Source: a virus
Reading direction: 5' to 3' (one strand)
Virus record (IMG/VR): IMGVR_UViG_3300038829_000049
Location: 1-46,165 of that record
Length of the DNA stretch: 46,165 bases
The translations under genes were made by a program, and so were the position numbers. Positions within the stretch are counted from its first letter, which is position 1, and every line of letters begins with the position of its first letter. Positions 30,052-39,203 of the stretch are shown here, one piece after another. The notes under the pieces are model-generated. The model made no database searches and had not been told where the DNA came from. It saw only the letters and a list, made by a program, of their open reading frames with translations.

Positions 30052-31080
30052 GTGAAAACCATTCTCAAAGACCTGTTCGGGGATCTCTCCCCATGGGGTC
30101 GCCTCTGGCTCAACTTCGGCGTCGCAGCCCTGCTTGCAGCGTCGTGGATGTCGTTCATGGTCGGTCTCAATATGACATGGGCGCATGCGTTCTTTCTGGT
30201 CATCCTCAGCGCCGTCGCCGCATTTCTGCCGGTTACCGCCGAGATGATGTGGAGCCAAGGCCGTAAGATCGTCTCGATCGTGCTCGCGATCCTCGCCGTG
30301 CCCTTGCTGGTCGTCGAGTTCGGCCAGCACGCCGCCTACACTGCCGGCATTCGCGGCCACGACCTCGCCACCACCCGCGTGCAGAACGTCAAGCACGATG
30401 GCGCCCAGGAATCGGTGGCCGAGAACCGTCGCCGCCTCGCCTGGGCCGAGAAGCGATTGTCCGATCTGACTCAACAGAACGGCTGGAGTTCGACCGTCAC
30501 CGCTGATGCCTTGCGTGGACGGATTCCAGGATTGGAACTGGCCATCTCCCAGGAAGCAGCCCGAGGCGGTTGCAAACAGCGTTGCCTCGAGCGCACCAAA
30601 GAGCGTGATGAGATCGTTGCCCGCATCGCTATCCTCGAGGAGCGCACTACCCTGCAGAAGCAGATCGACGGTACCAAGACCATGCTCGACAGCTCGCGCG
30701 CTAATGCCGCCACGGTCGAGCACAAGTCATCCCAGACCGAGCACATGAACGCCTTCCTGTCGAAGGCCGTTTCGTTTGTCGGCCAGGGCCAGCTCAAGCC
30801 CAATGCGCACGTCGAAGCAGGCACGCAGCTCAGCGCCAATCTGGCTATGGCACTGGCTGGCACTGGCCTGCCTTCACTGGCCCTGTTCGTGGCCGGCCTC
30901 TATCGCAACAAGCGCCGTGACGACGATCAGCCGACGCCCCATGTTGCACGTGAAACAGTCAACACCACGCCGACAATCCCCCAGCCTATTGTTCCCCTCA
31001 CCCGCCAAGAGCCCACCAGAGAGATGATCACTCTCGGAAGAGCGGCAGCACTGCTCACCAACATGAAGGCAGCAGCGTAA
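30052..31080 (+). CDS. Polytopic membrane protein with a central coiled coil
   Basis: GGAGGA lies 6 nt upstream of GTG 30052; the ORF track starts at GTG 30022. It has about 4 N-terminal TM helices, a coiled coil, one more TM (LAMALAGTGLPSLALFVAGLY) and a Pro/Thr-rich tail. Confidence 0.55.
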   Translation: MKTILKDLFGDLSPWGRLWLNFGVAALLAASWMSFMVGLNMTWAHAFFLVILSAVAAFLPVTAEMMWSQGRKIVSIVLAILAVPLLVVEFGQHAAYTAGIRGHDLATTRVQNVKHDGAQESVAENRRRLAWAEKRLSDLTQQNGWSSTVTADALRGRIPGLELAISQEAARGGCKQRCLERTKERDEIVARIAILEERTTLQKQIDGTKTMLDSSRANAATVEHKSSQTEHMNAFLSKAVSFVGQGQLKPNAHVEAGTQLSANLAMALAGTGLPSLALFVAGLYRNKRRDDDQPTPHVARETVNTTPTIPQPIVPLTRQEPTREMITLGRAAALLTNMKAAA

Positions 31081-31086
31081 CCGATC

Positions 31087-31545
31087 ATGCCCCGTATAGC
31101 CTACTCCATCGATCTCGCCTCCCGCGTATGCGCGCTCATGCTGACCCGCAAGGAGGACGGCAATGTCATGAGCCTGCGGGACATCTGCAGCATCGATGAC
31201 ATGCCGGCAGAGGGGACGCTCTACAGATGGCTCAGTGAGAACCCGGAATTCGGCGAGATGTACGCGCGTGCGCGTGAAGAGCGGGCGCATCTGGCGGCTG
31301 AGGACATCATCCACATCGCCGACACCGAGCAAGACCCCAACAAGGCCCGCGTTCGGATCGATGCCCGCAAATGGTATGCATCCAAGCTCAATCGCAAGGA
31401 CTACGGGGACAGCCTGGATCTCGGCGGCGGCCTGCATGTGAAGTTGACTGATGACCAGCTTGAATCTCGCCTTGCTCACATCCTCGGAAAAGCGGGAGTT
31501 GCTCTCGCTCTTGGACGAGAAGGAGCGTCGGAAGAAACGCCGTAA
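31087..31545 (+). CDS. terS: Terminase small subunit
   Basis: SLRDICSIDDMPAEGTLYRWLSENPEFGEMYARAREERAHLAAEDIIHIAD...RIDARKWYASKLNRKDYGD matches the common TerS pattern (..W......F...Y..AR......E...IAD......R...D.RKW..SKL.P..YGD). Confidence 0.6.
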   Translation: MPRIAYSIDLASRVCALMLTRKEDGNVMSLRDICSIDDMPAEGTLYRWLSENPEFGEMYARAREERAHLAAEDIIHIADTEQDPNKARVRIDARKWYASKLNRKDYGDSLDLGGGLHVKLTDDQLESRLAHILGKAGVALALGREGASEETP

Positions 31546-32200
31546 GCTGTTCGACCTCTACCCCAGCGAAGGGCCGTTGCGGCGGGAGTTATACGCCAAA
31601 CACCTGCAGTTCTTCGCTGGCGGTTCCGAGCACATGGAACGCTGCATGATGGCAGCGAACCGCGTGGGAAAAACCTGGGGTGTCGGCGGCTACGAGACGG
31701 CGCTGCATCTGACCGGACGCTATCCAGATTGGTGGCCAGGCCGGCGGTTCACGGACCCGGTTGGCGCATGGGTGGCTGGCGACACGCGGACGACGACGCG
31801 AGATATCATCCAGGTGGCGTTGCTAGGTGTCGGCGGTGATGCGGGCTCTGGTGAAATGGGAACGGGGCTGATCCCCGGCGATGACATCGCAGGCAAGCCC
31901 ACACCGATGCAGGGCGTGCCGGGCGGTATCGATACGGTCGCGGTTAAGCATCGATCGGGCGGGCTCTCGATCCTCGGGTTTAAGTCCTACGATCAGGGCC
32001 GGCGAACGTTTCAGGGCACGCAAAAGCAGGTTGTCTGGCTCGATGAGGAGCCGCCCATGGACGTATACGAGGAGGCGATGCTGCGGTTGACGGCGACGGT
32101 GCCGGGTGAGGTCAACGGGTTGATGCTCTGCACGTTCACGCCGCTGCTTGGATTGAGTAAGGTGGCGCTTAAATTCCTGCCGGAGATGGCGCCGCATTAG
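31451..32200 (+). CDS. terL: Terminase large subunit, N-terminal ATPase part (ends at an in-frame TAG)
   Basis: Walker A is AANRVGKT and Walker B is VVWLDEEP. It ends with TFTPLLGLSKVALKFLPEMAPH then TAG. It overlaps terS by 95 nt. Confidence 0.8.
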   Translation: MTSLNLALLTSSEKRELLSLLDEKERRKKRRKLFDLYPSEGPLRRELYAKHLQFFAGGSEHMERCMMAANRVGKTWGVGGYETALHLTGRYPDWWPGRRFTDPVGAWVAGDTRTTTRDIIQVALLGVGGDAGSGEMGTGLIPGDDIAGKPTPMQGVPGGIDTVAVKHRSGGLSILGFKSYDQGRRTFQGTQKQVVWLDEEPPMDVYEEAMLRLTATVPGEVNGLMLCTFTPLLGLSKVALKFLPEMAPH

Positions 32201-32339
32201 AATAAATTACCCTACTGGTCTCCGATTTCCCGAGGGCGACACTTTTGATGACGGCCGGAATGAGCAAAAAAAATCCAACCAGGCCGATAAAGCCGATTAG
32301 GCCGACAAATCAGAACCGCCAATTACCGGCCTTGGCAAC

Positions 32340-33071
32340 GTGAGCCGTCTCTGCGTCCAGGCCACGTGGAATGACGTGCCCCATCTGTCAGAGAAAACGA
32401 AGGCGGAGTTACTCGACGCGATGGAGCCGCATATGCGGGATGCCCGAACCAAGGGCATTCCCATGCTCGGCGCCGGTGCGATCTACCCGGTGCCGGAGTC
32501 CTCGTTTCTGTGTGACCCATTCGAGATGCCGGAGTTCTGGCCGCGCGCCTATGGCCTCGATGTCGGTTGGAACAAGACAGCAGCCATCTGGGGTGCGTGG
32601 GATCGAGAGGGCGACACGGTCTATCTCTATTCCGAGCACTACATGGGGCAAGCGGCTCCATCGGTGCACGCTGATGCGATCAGGGCCCGCGGCGATTGGA
32701 TGTGGGGCGCGATTGATCCGGCATCGGCCGGCTCGGGACAGATCGACGGCAAGAAGTTGCGTGAGGTCTACACCGGCATCGGTCTCAATCTCGTCGATGC
32801 CGACAACGCGGTCGAGGCCGGCATTCACGCTGTGTATCAGCGCCTCGTATCGGGTCGCCTCAAGGTGTTTCGCACGCTGCGCAACTGGACGGCCGAGGTC
32901 CGCATCTATCGGCGTGACGAGAACGGCAAAGTCGTGAAGGAGAATGACCACCTGATGGACGCTATGCGCTACCTGATCATGACAGGGATGAAGCTCGCAC
33001 GGATCGCGCCTGATTTCGATGATGACGATGTGCGCGAGCGTCGCCGCGCCAACAACAGCACCGGATATTGA
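32340..33071 (+). CDS. terL: Terminase large subunit, C-terminal nuclease part (start undefined)
   Basis: VQATWNDVPHLSE...ARTKGIPMLGAGAIYP...GLDVGWN...DHLMDAMRYL are typical TerL C-terminal motifs. This frame is open only from 32301. The GTG at 32340 has no RBS. It is in a different phase from the N-terminal part. Confidence 0.8.
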   Translation: MSRLCVQATWNDVPHLSEKTKAELLDAMEPHMRDARTKGIPMLGAGAIYPVPESSFLCDPFEMPEFWPRAYGLDVGWNKTAAIWGAWDREGDTVYLYSEHYMGQAAPSVHADAIRARGDWMWGAIDPASAGSGQIDGKKLREVYTGIGLNLVDADNAVEAGIHAVYQRLVSGRLKVFRTLRNWTAEVRIYRRDENGKVVKENDHLMDAMRYLIMTGMKLARIAPDFDDDDVRERRRANNSTGY

Positions 33072-35155
33072 TGCAGCCTGACATGATGGGGCAAGTCGTG
33101 CCCCTGCCGTTTCCACCGCAGCCGCCTCCCCCGCACATCCTCGCGATGCAAGCGAGGATAGATGCGCTCGCCGACATGGCGAAGATGGTCAACGCGGCGG
33201 ATGATGTCGAGGAAACAGAGCTGCACAAGATCGGCTCTAAGGTCGTTCGTGAATACCGCATCGATCGGGACAGCCGCAAGGAATGGGAGGACCGGGCCAA
33301 GCGGGCGATGGACCTCGCGCGACAGAAGAAGGAGGAGAAGTCGTTCCCGTGGCCGAAGGCATCGAATGTCAAATACCCGCTGTTGACCACGGCCGCATTG
33401 CAGTTCGCGGCCCGCGCCTATCCTGCGATTTGCGATGGCCCGCGCATCGTCAAGAGCCAGGTGCTCGGCGCTGATCCGGACGGCCAGAAAGCTGCATCCG
33501 GCGACCGCGTCTCGCAGCACATGAGCTATCAGCTCCTCTACGAGGTCGACGGCTGGGAATCGTCAGTTGACACGTCGCTGCATCAGATCCCGATCATCGG
33601 CTGTGCGTTCCGCAAGGTCTACGAGGACGACAGTTCCGAGGCCGGGTTCTGCGATGACCTGGTATCGGCGTTCGATTTCGTGGTGAACCAGGAGACCAAA
33701 TCGCTCAAGAAGGCGCCGCGCGCCACGCACGTGTTCACGCTCTACCCGCATGAGATCGCCGAGCGCCAGCGCGAAGGCCGCTATCTCGATGTCGAGATCA
33801 AGGGCGAGGCCGACAAATCCAACGAGGACGAGGACGCACCGCACACGATCCTGGAGCAGCATCGGCTGCTCGACCTCGACGACGACGGCATACTCGAGCC
33901 GTGGATCGTCACGGTGCACGAGAAAACCGAGCGGGTGCTGCGCATCTCGGCCTGCTTTGATCCTGGCAAGATCGCCACCAACAAGCGCACCGGCGCGATC
34001 ATCCGCATTCCCAAGCAGGAGTATTTCGTCAAGATCCCGTTCGTGCCTGATCCTGACGGCGGGTTCTACGATGTGGGCTTCGGCCATCTGCTCGAGCCGA
34101 TGTCTGACGTGATCGACTCGACCATCAACCAGATGATGGACGCCGGCACGCTGCAGAACGCCGGTGGTGGCTTCATCGGCGCCGGTGTCTCGCTCGGCAA
34201 GGGCAAGAGCGTGATCACGTTCAAGCCCGGCGAATATCGCACGGTGCAGACGGCAGGGCCCGACCTAAAGGCCGGCATCGTCCACATGGATCATCCCGGC
34301 CCGTCGAAGGTGCTGTTCGAACTGCTGTCGCTGATGATCGAGGCCGGCAAGGACGTGGCCAGCGTTCAGGACATCCTCGTCGGCGACATGCAGCGCAATC
34401 AGACGGCCACGGCGACCATGGCCATGATCGAGCAGGGGCTGAAGGTCTTCACGGCGATCTACAAGCGCATTTTCCGGGCGATGAAGGAAGAGTTCAAGCT
34501 CATCTTCGAGATCAACAAGCGGCGCATGGCCAACCAGGTTCCGCGCTATATCGCGCTGCTCGACGAGCCGGTTGAGGTCGCCGGCGCCGACTACATGGGC
34601 ACGCTCGACATCATGCCGGTCGCCGACCCGAACACGATCACCGATATGCAGCGCATGGCCAAGGCGCAGCTCGTGATGGACGAGGTGCGCAACGGCAACC
34701 CGCACGTGGATGCGTTCGCGGCGACCAAGCGCGCATTCGAGGCGGCCCGCATCGAGAAGCCGGAAGAGCTGTTCGTGCCTCCGCCCGATCCGAACCAGCC
34801 GCAACCGCCGAGCCCGGACGAGCGGATGGCAGAGGCCAAGATCGCCGAGCAAGAGGCCAAATCACAGGCCGCCATGCAGGCGCTCGGCCAGCGTGAACAG
34901 GAGGCGCAGGTCAATCTGCAGGCCAAGGCAGCTGATTATCAGCTGCAGTTCGAGGCCAAGCAGCGTGATGCTGAAATGCGCGCGATCGAGGCTGAGTACA
35001 AGCACCAGGAGCAACTCCGCACGCTGCAGTTCAAGTCCGACGAGCTCGACCAGCGCTATCGTGAACTGCAATTGCGCGAGGAAGAAATCAAGCTGCAGCA
35101 CGAGGCCAAGCGGTTTGCTGCCGAGCAGGCGATGCAGCCGAGCGAGACTGAATGA
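33068..35155 (+). CDS. Portal protein (P22-like, with a C-terminal coiled-coil barrel-like region)
   Basis: 695 aa, directly after terL (ATGA-coupled). NVKYPLLTTAALQFAARAYPAI is portal-like. The C-terminal ~120 aa are Q/E/A-rich helix. Confidence 0.8.
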   Translation: MMQPDMMGQVVPLPFPPQPPPPHILAMQARIDALADMAKMVNAADDVEETELHKIGSKVVREYRIDRDSRKEWEDRAKRAMDLARQKKEEKSFPWPKASNVKYPLLTTAALQFAARAYPAICDGPRIVKSQVLGADPDGQKAASGDRVSQHMSYQLLYEVDGWESSVDTSLHQIPIIGCAFRKVYEDDSSEAGFCDDLVSAFDFVVNQETKSLKKAPRATHVFTLYPHEIAERQREGRYLDVEIKGEADKSNEDEDAPHTILEQHRLLDLDDDGILEPWIVTVHEKTERVLRISACFDPGKIATNKRTGAIIRIPKQEYFVKIPFVPDPDGGFYDVGFGHLLEPMSDVIDSTINQMMDAGTLQNAGGGFIGAGVSLGKGKSVITFKPGEYRTVQTAGPDLKAGIVHMDHPGPSKVLFELLSLMIEAGKDVASVQDILVGDMQRNQTATATMAMIEQGLKVFTAIYKRIFRAMKEEFKLIFEINKRRMANQVPRYIALLDEPVEVAGADYMGTLDIMPVADPNTITDMQRMAKAQLVMDEVRNGNPHVDAFAATKRAFEAARIEKPEELFVPPPDPNQPQPPSPDERMAEAKIAEQEAKSQAAMQALGQREQEAQVNLQAKAADYQLQFEAKQRDAEMRAIEAEYKHQEQLRTLQFKSDELDQRYRELQLREEEIKLQHEAKRFAAEQAMQPSETE

Positions 35156-35400
35156 AGATCGACAAGGAAGACTTCGACGCGTGGTGGGGCAACCCGACCA
35201 CCGAGGCATTCATCAAGTGCTGTGGCGTGTGGGCGAGCAATGCCCGCGAGTTATGGGTTCAATCGTCGTGGGAAGGCGGGGTCAACAATGACAACGACCT
35301 GTGGCGGCTGAAGGGACAGGCCGAGGTGCTCCGAGACATCCAGGGCATGACGGCTACAACGATCGAGGAAACATTGAGCGATGACCAGAGCAAAACGTGA
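35152..35400 (+). CDS. Hypothetical head-module protein
   Basis: 82-aa ORF, ATGA-coupled to the portal gene. Confidence 0.5.
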   Translation: MKIDKEDFDAWWGNPTTEAFIKCCGVWASNARELWVQSSWEGGVNNDNDLWRLKGQAEVLRDIQGMTATTIEETLSDDQSKT

Positions 35401-35833
35401 CGTGCAGGTAATCCCGCCGGACAAGTATTTGTTCGTCGACAACGCGGATGTGAAGCGGCGTCTCAATGCGGAGATGCAGGATGATCTTTCCGAGATTGGC
35501 ATGGGCCACGGCATCGTGCCCATCGAATACAAGGTCGTGATCAGGCCCGTTGAAGAGACAGGCGTGATCAAGCTGAAGGGCGGGTTCGAACTGCTGAAGC
35601 CGGACACGACCAAGGAGCGCGATCAGCACGCGGCTATCGAGGGCGAGATCGTCGCTACGTCGCCGTTCGCGTTCTCCTACGAGGAATGGCCGGATGGCGC
35701 CCGCAAGCCGCGGGTCGGTGACGTGGCGATCTTTGCGCGCTACTCCGGCAACACGATCAAGGGCAACGATGGGGTGGATTATCGCGTCATGAACGACAAG
35801 GACATCATCGCAGTCCGGAGGGTCGCGAAATGA
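35381..35833 (+). CDS. GroES-like (Hsp10 fold) protein
   Basis: KVVIRPVEETGVIKLKGGFEL...GEIVATS...PRVGDVAIFARYSGNTIKGNDGVDYRVMNDKDIIAV parallels GroES (I.PL.DRV.V...E.E..T.GGI.L....GEV.AVG...VGD.V.F..Y.G..I......Y..M...DILA). Confidence 0.5.
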   Translation: MTRAKRDVQVIPPDKYLFVDNADVKRRLNAEMQDDLSEIGMGHGIVPIEYKVVIRPVEETGVIKLKGGFELLKPDTTKERDQHAAIEGEIVATSPFAFSYEEWPDGARKPRVGDVAIFARYSGNTIKGNDGVDYRVMNDKDIIAVRRVAK

Positions 35834-36723
35834 GCGACATCATCGAGCAACTCGCACCAGCCGAGGTTGCCAACCCCGGCACGATGATCCCCGGCGAGTC
35901 TGCACCGGCTCCTGAGACGAACGAGATCGAAAGCCGCGCGAAAGCGATGGGCTGGGTTCCCAAGGAGCAATTCCGCGGCGACGATAGCAAGTGGCGCGAC
36001 GCCGACGAGTTCGTGCGCCGCGGTGAGGAAGAGCTGCCCGTCATGCGGGAGCGCAACCGCGACCTGTCCCGCAAGGTGACGGAGTTCGAGCAGCGCATGA
36101 CCCGCCAGGAGCGGGAGTTTCAGGAGCGCGCCAGCCGGCAAGAGCGCATGGCGGCGATGGCGCTCGACCAGCAGCGCATGAACCTCGAGGGACAGTGGGA
36201 AGCCGCCAAGGCGCAGGCCGTCGAGATCGGTGATGTGAGCCGGTATCAGCAGCTCAACCGCGACCAGCGCCAGAGCATGCAGGCGTTCGACCAGCGCATC
36301 TATGAGCAGGTCAAGCCGCAGCCTCAGCCGCAGAACGACCGCCTCGCTCCCGAGCAGACGGCGGCAATCGAATCCTGGCAGGTGCAGAACCCCTGGTATT
36401 TCTCCGACCAGGGCATGATGCGTTACGCCGAGACCGTGCACGGCAATCTCGTGCGCGAAAAGCCGGGCATGTCGCTCTCTGAAAATCTCGCCGAGGTGAC
36501 GCGGATCGTGCGCGAGAACTTCCCCGACAAGTTCGGCACATCGCAGGGTCGTACGCCAAACGTCGAGGGTGGCAGCGGTCGGGCTTCCGGCGGCAAGCGC
36601 GAGCGCGGTGTTGCCGATCTTCCCCCAGAAGCCCGCAGCGCGGCCAAGGAGTTCGTGCGTGCCGGCGCGTTCAAGACCGAAGCTGAATACGCCAAGTCGT
36701 ATTGGGCGATGGAAAACACCTGA
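35830..36723 (+). CDS. Scaffolding protein candidate
   Basis: It is highly charged, Q/E/R-rich and helical. It has the GWVPKEQFRGDDSKWRDADEFVRRG motif seen in podophage scaffold/assembly proteins. It lies upstream of the capsid gene. Confidence 0.55.
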   Translation: MSDIIEQLAPAEVANPGTMIPGESAPAPETNEIESRAKAMGWVPKEQFRGDDSKWRDADEFVRRGEEELPVMRERNRDLSRKVTEFEQRMTRQEREFQERASRQERMAAMALDQQRMNLEGQWEAAKAQAVEIGDVSRYQQLNRDQRQSMQAFDQRIYEQVKPQPQPQNDRLAPEQTAAIESWQVQNPWYFSDQGMMRYAETVHGNLVREKPGMSLSENLAEVTRIVRENFPDKFGTSQGRTPNVEGGSGRASGGKRERGVADLPPEARSAAKEFVRAGAFKTEAEYAKSYWAMENT

Positions 36724-36737
36724 TCAGGAACATGGAC

Positions 36738-37232
36738 ATGAGCACGAGCACGCAATCCAACGTCGTCGAGAAGCCGCGGGCACGCATCGAGGAAGAGCGG
36801 CAACGGCGCCGTCGTCGTGAGGACATCACCATCGGTCGGCAGAGGAACCTGGCCATCGAAGGTGATCTCGACCCGCGTTACACGTATCGTTGGATCAACG
36901 ACGATCCCGGCCGCGTGCACAATCTGACGGTGCGTGACGACTGGGATCTCGTGACGAACGAAATGCTCGGCAGCCGGCATGAGAAAGACAAGAACGTCGG
37001 CAGTGGCGTCGAGCGCATCGTCGGCAAGGCCGACGGCAAACGCGGACTGCTCGTGAGGAAGCTCAAGGACTACTACGACGCCGACAAGGCCAAGGAACAG
37101 GGCCTGATCGACGAAACCGACGCTGCATTGAAGCGTGGCGAGACGAGCCCGGCGGGGATCAAGGAAACCGCGCCCGCTCACGCCTACGTGCCTCAAGGCG
37201 GCATTTCCATTCAGGACGGCCGGCGCGGCTGA
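36738..37232 (+). CDS. Hypothetical head-module protein
   Basis: AGGA lies 8 nt upstream of ATG 36738; alternatives are 36732 and 36702. The N-terminus is basic (RRRRRED). Confidence 0.5.
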   Translation: MSTSTQSNVVEKPRARIEEERQRRRRREDITIGRQRNLAIEGDLDPRYTYRWINDDPGRVHNLTVRDDWDLVTNEMLGSRHEKDKNVGSGVERIVGKADGKRGLLVRKLKDYYDADKAKEQGLIDETDAALKRGETSPAGIKETAPAHAYVPQGGISIQDGRRG

Positions 37233-37255
37233 TCCTCAAATCAGGAAACTAACCC

Positions 37256-37858
37256 ATGGCCAACACCGATACGCCGCGCGGGCTGAAGCCCGTCCGGCAC
37301 ATCTCAGGAGCGCCCTACAACGGGGCGATGAACAAGTACTATGTGCCCGCATCCGACGGCACCGCCATCTATCTGGGCGGTATCGTCAAGCCTGCGGGTT
37401 CGGCCGATGCCGCCGGCGTGCCGTCCGTCACCGGCAACGTCGCGACTGGCAATCCGGTCATTGGCGTTGTGGTCGGCATCGATCCGCTCGAAGGGGCCGG
37501 CGCCGATGGGCGTGATTCCACCACGTACCGGGTGGCATCGACCGAGCGTTACGTCTACGTCGCCGACGATCCGGACCTCATATTCGAGATCCAGGAGGAT
37601 GGTGAAGGCGGCGCGCTCGCGGCAACCAACATGTGGATGGCGGCCGACATCACGGGGTTCACGTCCGGCTCGACCTCGACCGGGCTGAGCTCGATCGAGA
37701 TCGATAGCTCGACCGCAACGGCTGCCGGGGACGGCACCGAGGACGTGCTGATTGTCGGGTTCGTGTCGCGGCCCGAGAATGAGCTTGGATCGCAGTGGGG
37801 CAAGTTCCTTGTACGCCTCAACAACCACTTCTTCGTCGATGGCGCTGCTGGCGCATAA
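37256..37858 (+). CDS. Head protein candidate (decoration/accessory capsid protein)
   Basis: 200-aa ORF immediately upstream of the major capsid gene. It has a beta-rich composition. Function is by position only. Confidence 0.5.
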   Translation: MANTDTPRGLKPVRHISGAPYNGAMNKYYVPASDGTAIYLGGIVKPAGSADAAGVPSVTGNVATGNPVIGVVVGIDPLEGAGADGRDSTTYRVASTERYVYVADDPDLIFEIQEDGEGGALAATNMWMAADITGFTSGSTSTGLSSIEIDSSTATAAGDGTEDVLIVGFVSRPENELGSQWGKFLVRLNNHFFVDGAAGA

Positions 37859-37870
37859 GGAGATCTGACC

Positions 37871-38782
37871 ATGAGCGGCGTTATCACTACGAGCACGATT
37901 CCAAAGGCCCTATGGCCGGGAATGCATGCCTTCTGGGGGCGTGACTACAAGGAGCACCAACAGGAGTGGAAGGACATCTTCGCGGAGGAGACTTCGTCGA
38001 AGGCGTACGAGGAAGACCAGGAGCTGACCGGCTTCGGCATGGCGCCGATCAAGGCCCAAGGCGCTGCGATCACGTACGATTCGGAGACCGGCGGCCCGAC
38101 CAAGCGCTACGTGCACGTGGTCTACGGCTCCGGATTCATCGTGACCCAGGAGGAGATGGACGACAATCAATACGTCCAGGTCTCCAAGCGGCGCACCAAG
38201 GCTCTGGCGTATTCGATGCGCCAGACGGAGGAGACGGTTGGGGCCAACATCCTCAATCGTGCGTTCAACAGCTCCTACACCGGCGGTGACGCCAAGGAGC
38301 TGTGCGCGACGGATCACCCGACCGTCAACGGCACGCAGTCGAACGAGCTGGCGACGGCGGCCGACATGTCCGAAGCGTCGATCGAGGACCTGGGCATCCA
38401 GATCATGACGGGGAAGAACTCGCGCGGCATGGCAATCGCGCTGATGCCGCGCAAGTTGATCATCCCGCCGCAGTTGGCGTTCGAGGCGGAGCGTATCGTC
38501 AAATCGTCCAAGCAGTCCGGCACGGCCAACAACGACCTTAACGCCATCCGGAGCATGGGGATGTTCCCGGACGGTGTTGCGGTGAACCACTATCTGACCG
38601 ACACGGACGCCTGGTTCATCCAGACGACCGCCCAGAATGGTCTGATCCGGTTCACGCGTCGGGCAACCCAGTTCGGCAAGGACAACGATTTCGACACCGA
38701 GAACGTCAAGGCGAAAGCCACGGTTCGGTTCGCGATCGGCTGGTCCGATTGGCGCGGCATGTTCGGCACACCGGGAGCTTGA
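37871..38782 (+). CDS. Major capsid protein (HK97-fold type)
   Basis: 303 aa. The pattern ..ELTGFGMAPIKAQGAAITYDS...YVHVVYGSGFIVTQEEMDDNQY...KALAYSMRQTEE...NDLNAIRS.. is typical of this capsid family. Position supports the call. Confidence 0.75.
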   Translation: MSGVITTSTIPKALWPGMHAFWGRDYKEHQQEWKDIFAEETSSKAYEEDQELTGFGMAPIKAQGAAITYDSETGGPTKRYVHVVYGSGFIVTQEEMDDNQYVQVSKRRTKALAYSMRQTEETVGANILNRAFNSSYTGGDAKELCATDHPTVNGTQSNELATAADMSEASIEDLGIQIMTGKNSRGMAIALMPRKLIIPPQLAFEAERIVKSSKQSGTANNDLNAIRSMGMFPDGVAVNHYLTDTDAWFIQTTAQNGLIRFTRRATQFGKDNDFDTENVKAKATVRFAIGWSDWRGMFGTPGA

Positions 38783-38786
38783 TCAC

Positions 38787-39203
38787 ATGACCGTCACCAA
38801 GTTCTCCGGTGGCGTCGCGGCGGGCGGTGGCGCAACACGCGCCACCGTCGCCAGCGCGACGTATGCCCTGCGCGTTTCGTTCGATCCGACATCAGCGACA
38901 CAGATTTTGCTCGGCTATCTGCCGCCGGGCGCGATCCCTATCGATGTTCTCGGCTTCGGCGGGACAACCGGCGGCACCAATCCGACCGTCGATATCGGCA
39001 CGCTTGCCGATGACGACGGCTACGCCAACGAACTGGACGGCGATGCCGCCGGCACGTCGGCCACGGCAGCGGCCAAGCTCGGCGCGCTGATCAACACGCA
39101 GATCACGACACTTACCGCCGTCTACGGCAAGGTCGGCGCGTCTGCGGGAACCGGCGGCACCTTCAAGGGTGCGATCATCTACGTTATCGAGGATATTCCC
39201 TGA
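38787..39203 (+). CDS. Hypothetical virion protein
   Basis: 138-aa ORF directly downstream of the capsid gene. It is Gly/Ala/Thr-rich. Confidence 0.5.
   Translation: MTVTKFSGGVAAGGGATRATVASATYALRVSFDPTSATQILLGYLPPGAIPIDVLGFGGTTGGTNPTVDIGTLADDDGYANELDGDAAGTSATAAAKLGALINTQITTLTAVYGKVGASAGTGGTFKGAIIYVIEDIP

Noticed and set aside
32198-32300. Amber (TAG) stop-codon reassignment as the explanation for the two TAGs interrupting TerL
   Set aside because: The two TAGs are in different phases. Reading through the first one runs into a TGA after 16 codons. TAG is also used as an ordinary stop elsewhere (for example 45693, 13546).
32212-32327. The 7-bp direct repeat aattacc (32205-32211 and 32321-32327) as target duplication of a MITE in TerL
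   Set aside because: Removing the repeat-bounded segment leaves the TAG at 32198 and does not restore the frame. No terminal inverted repeats are present.
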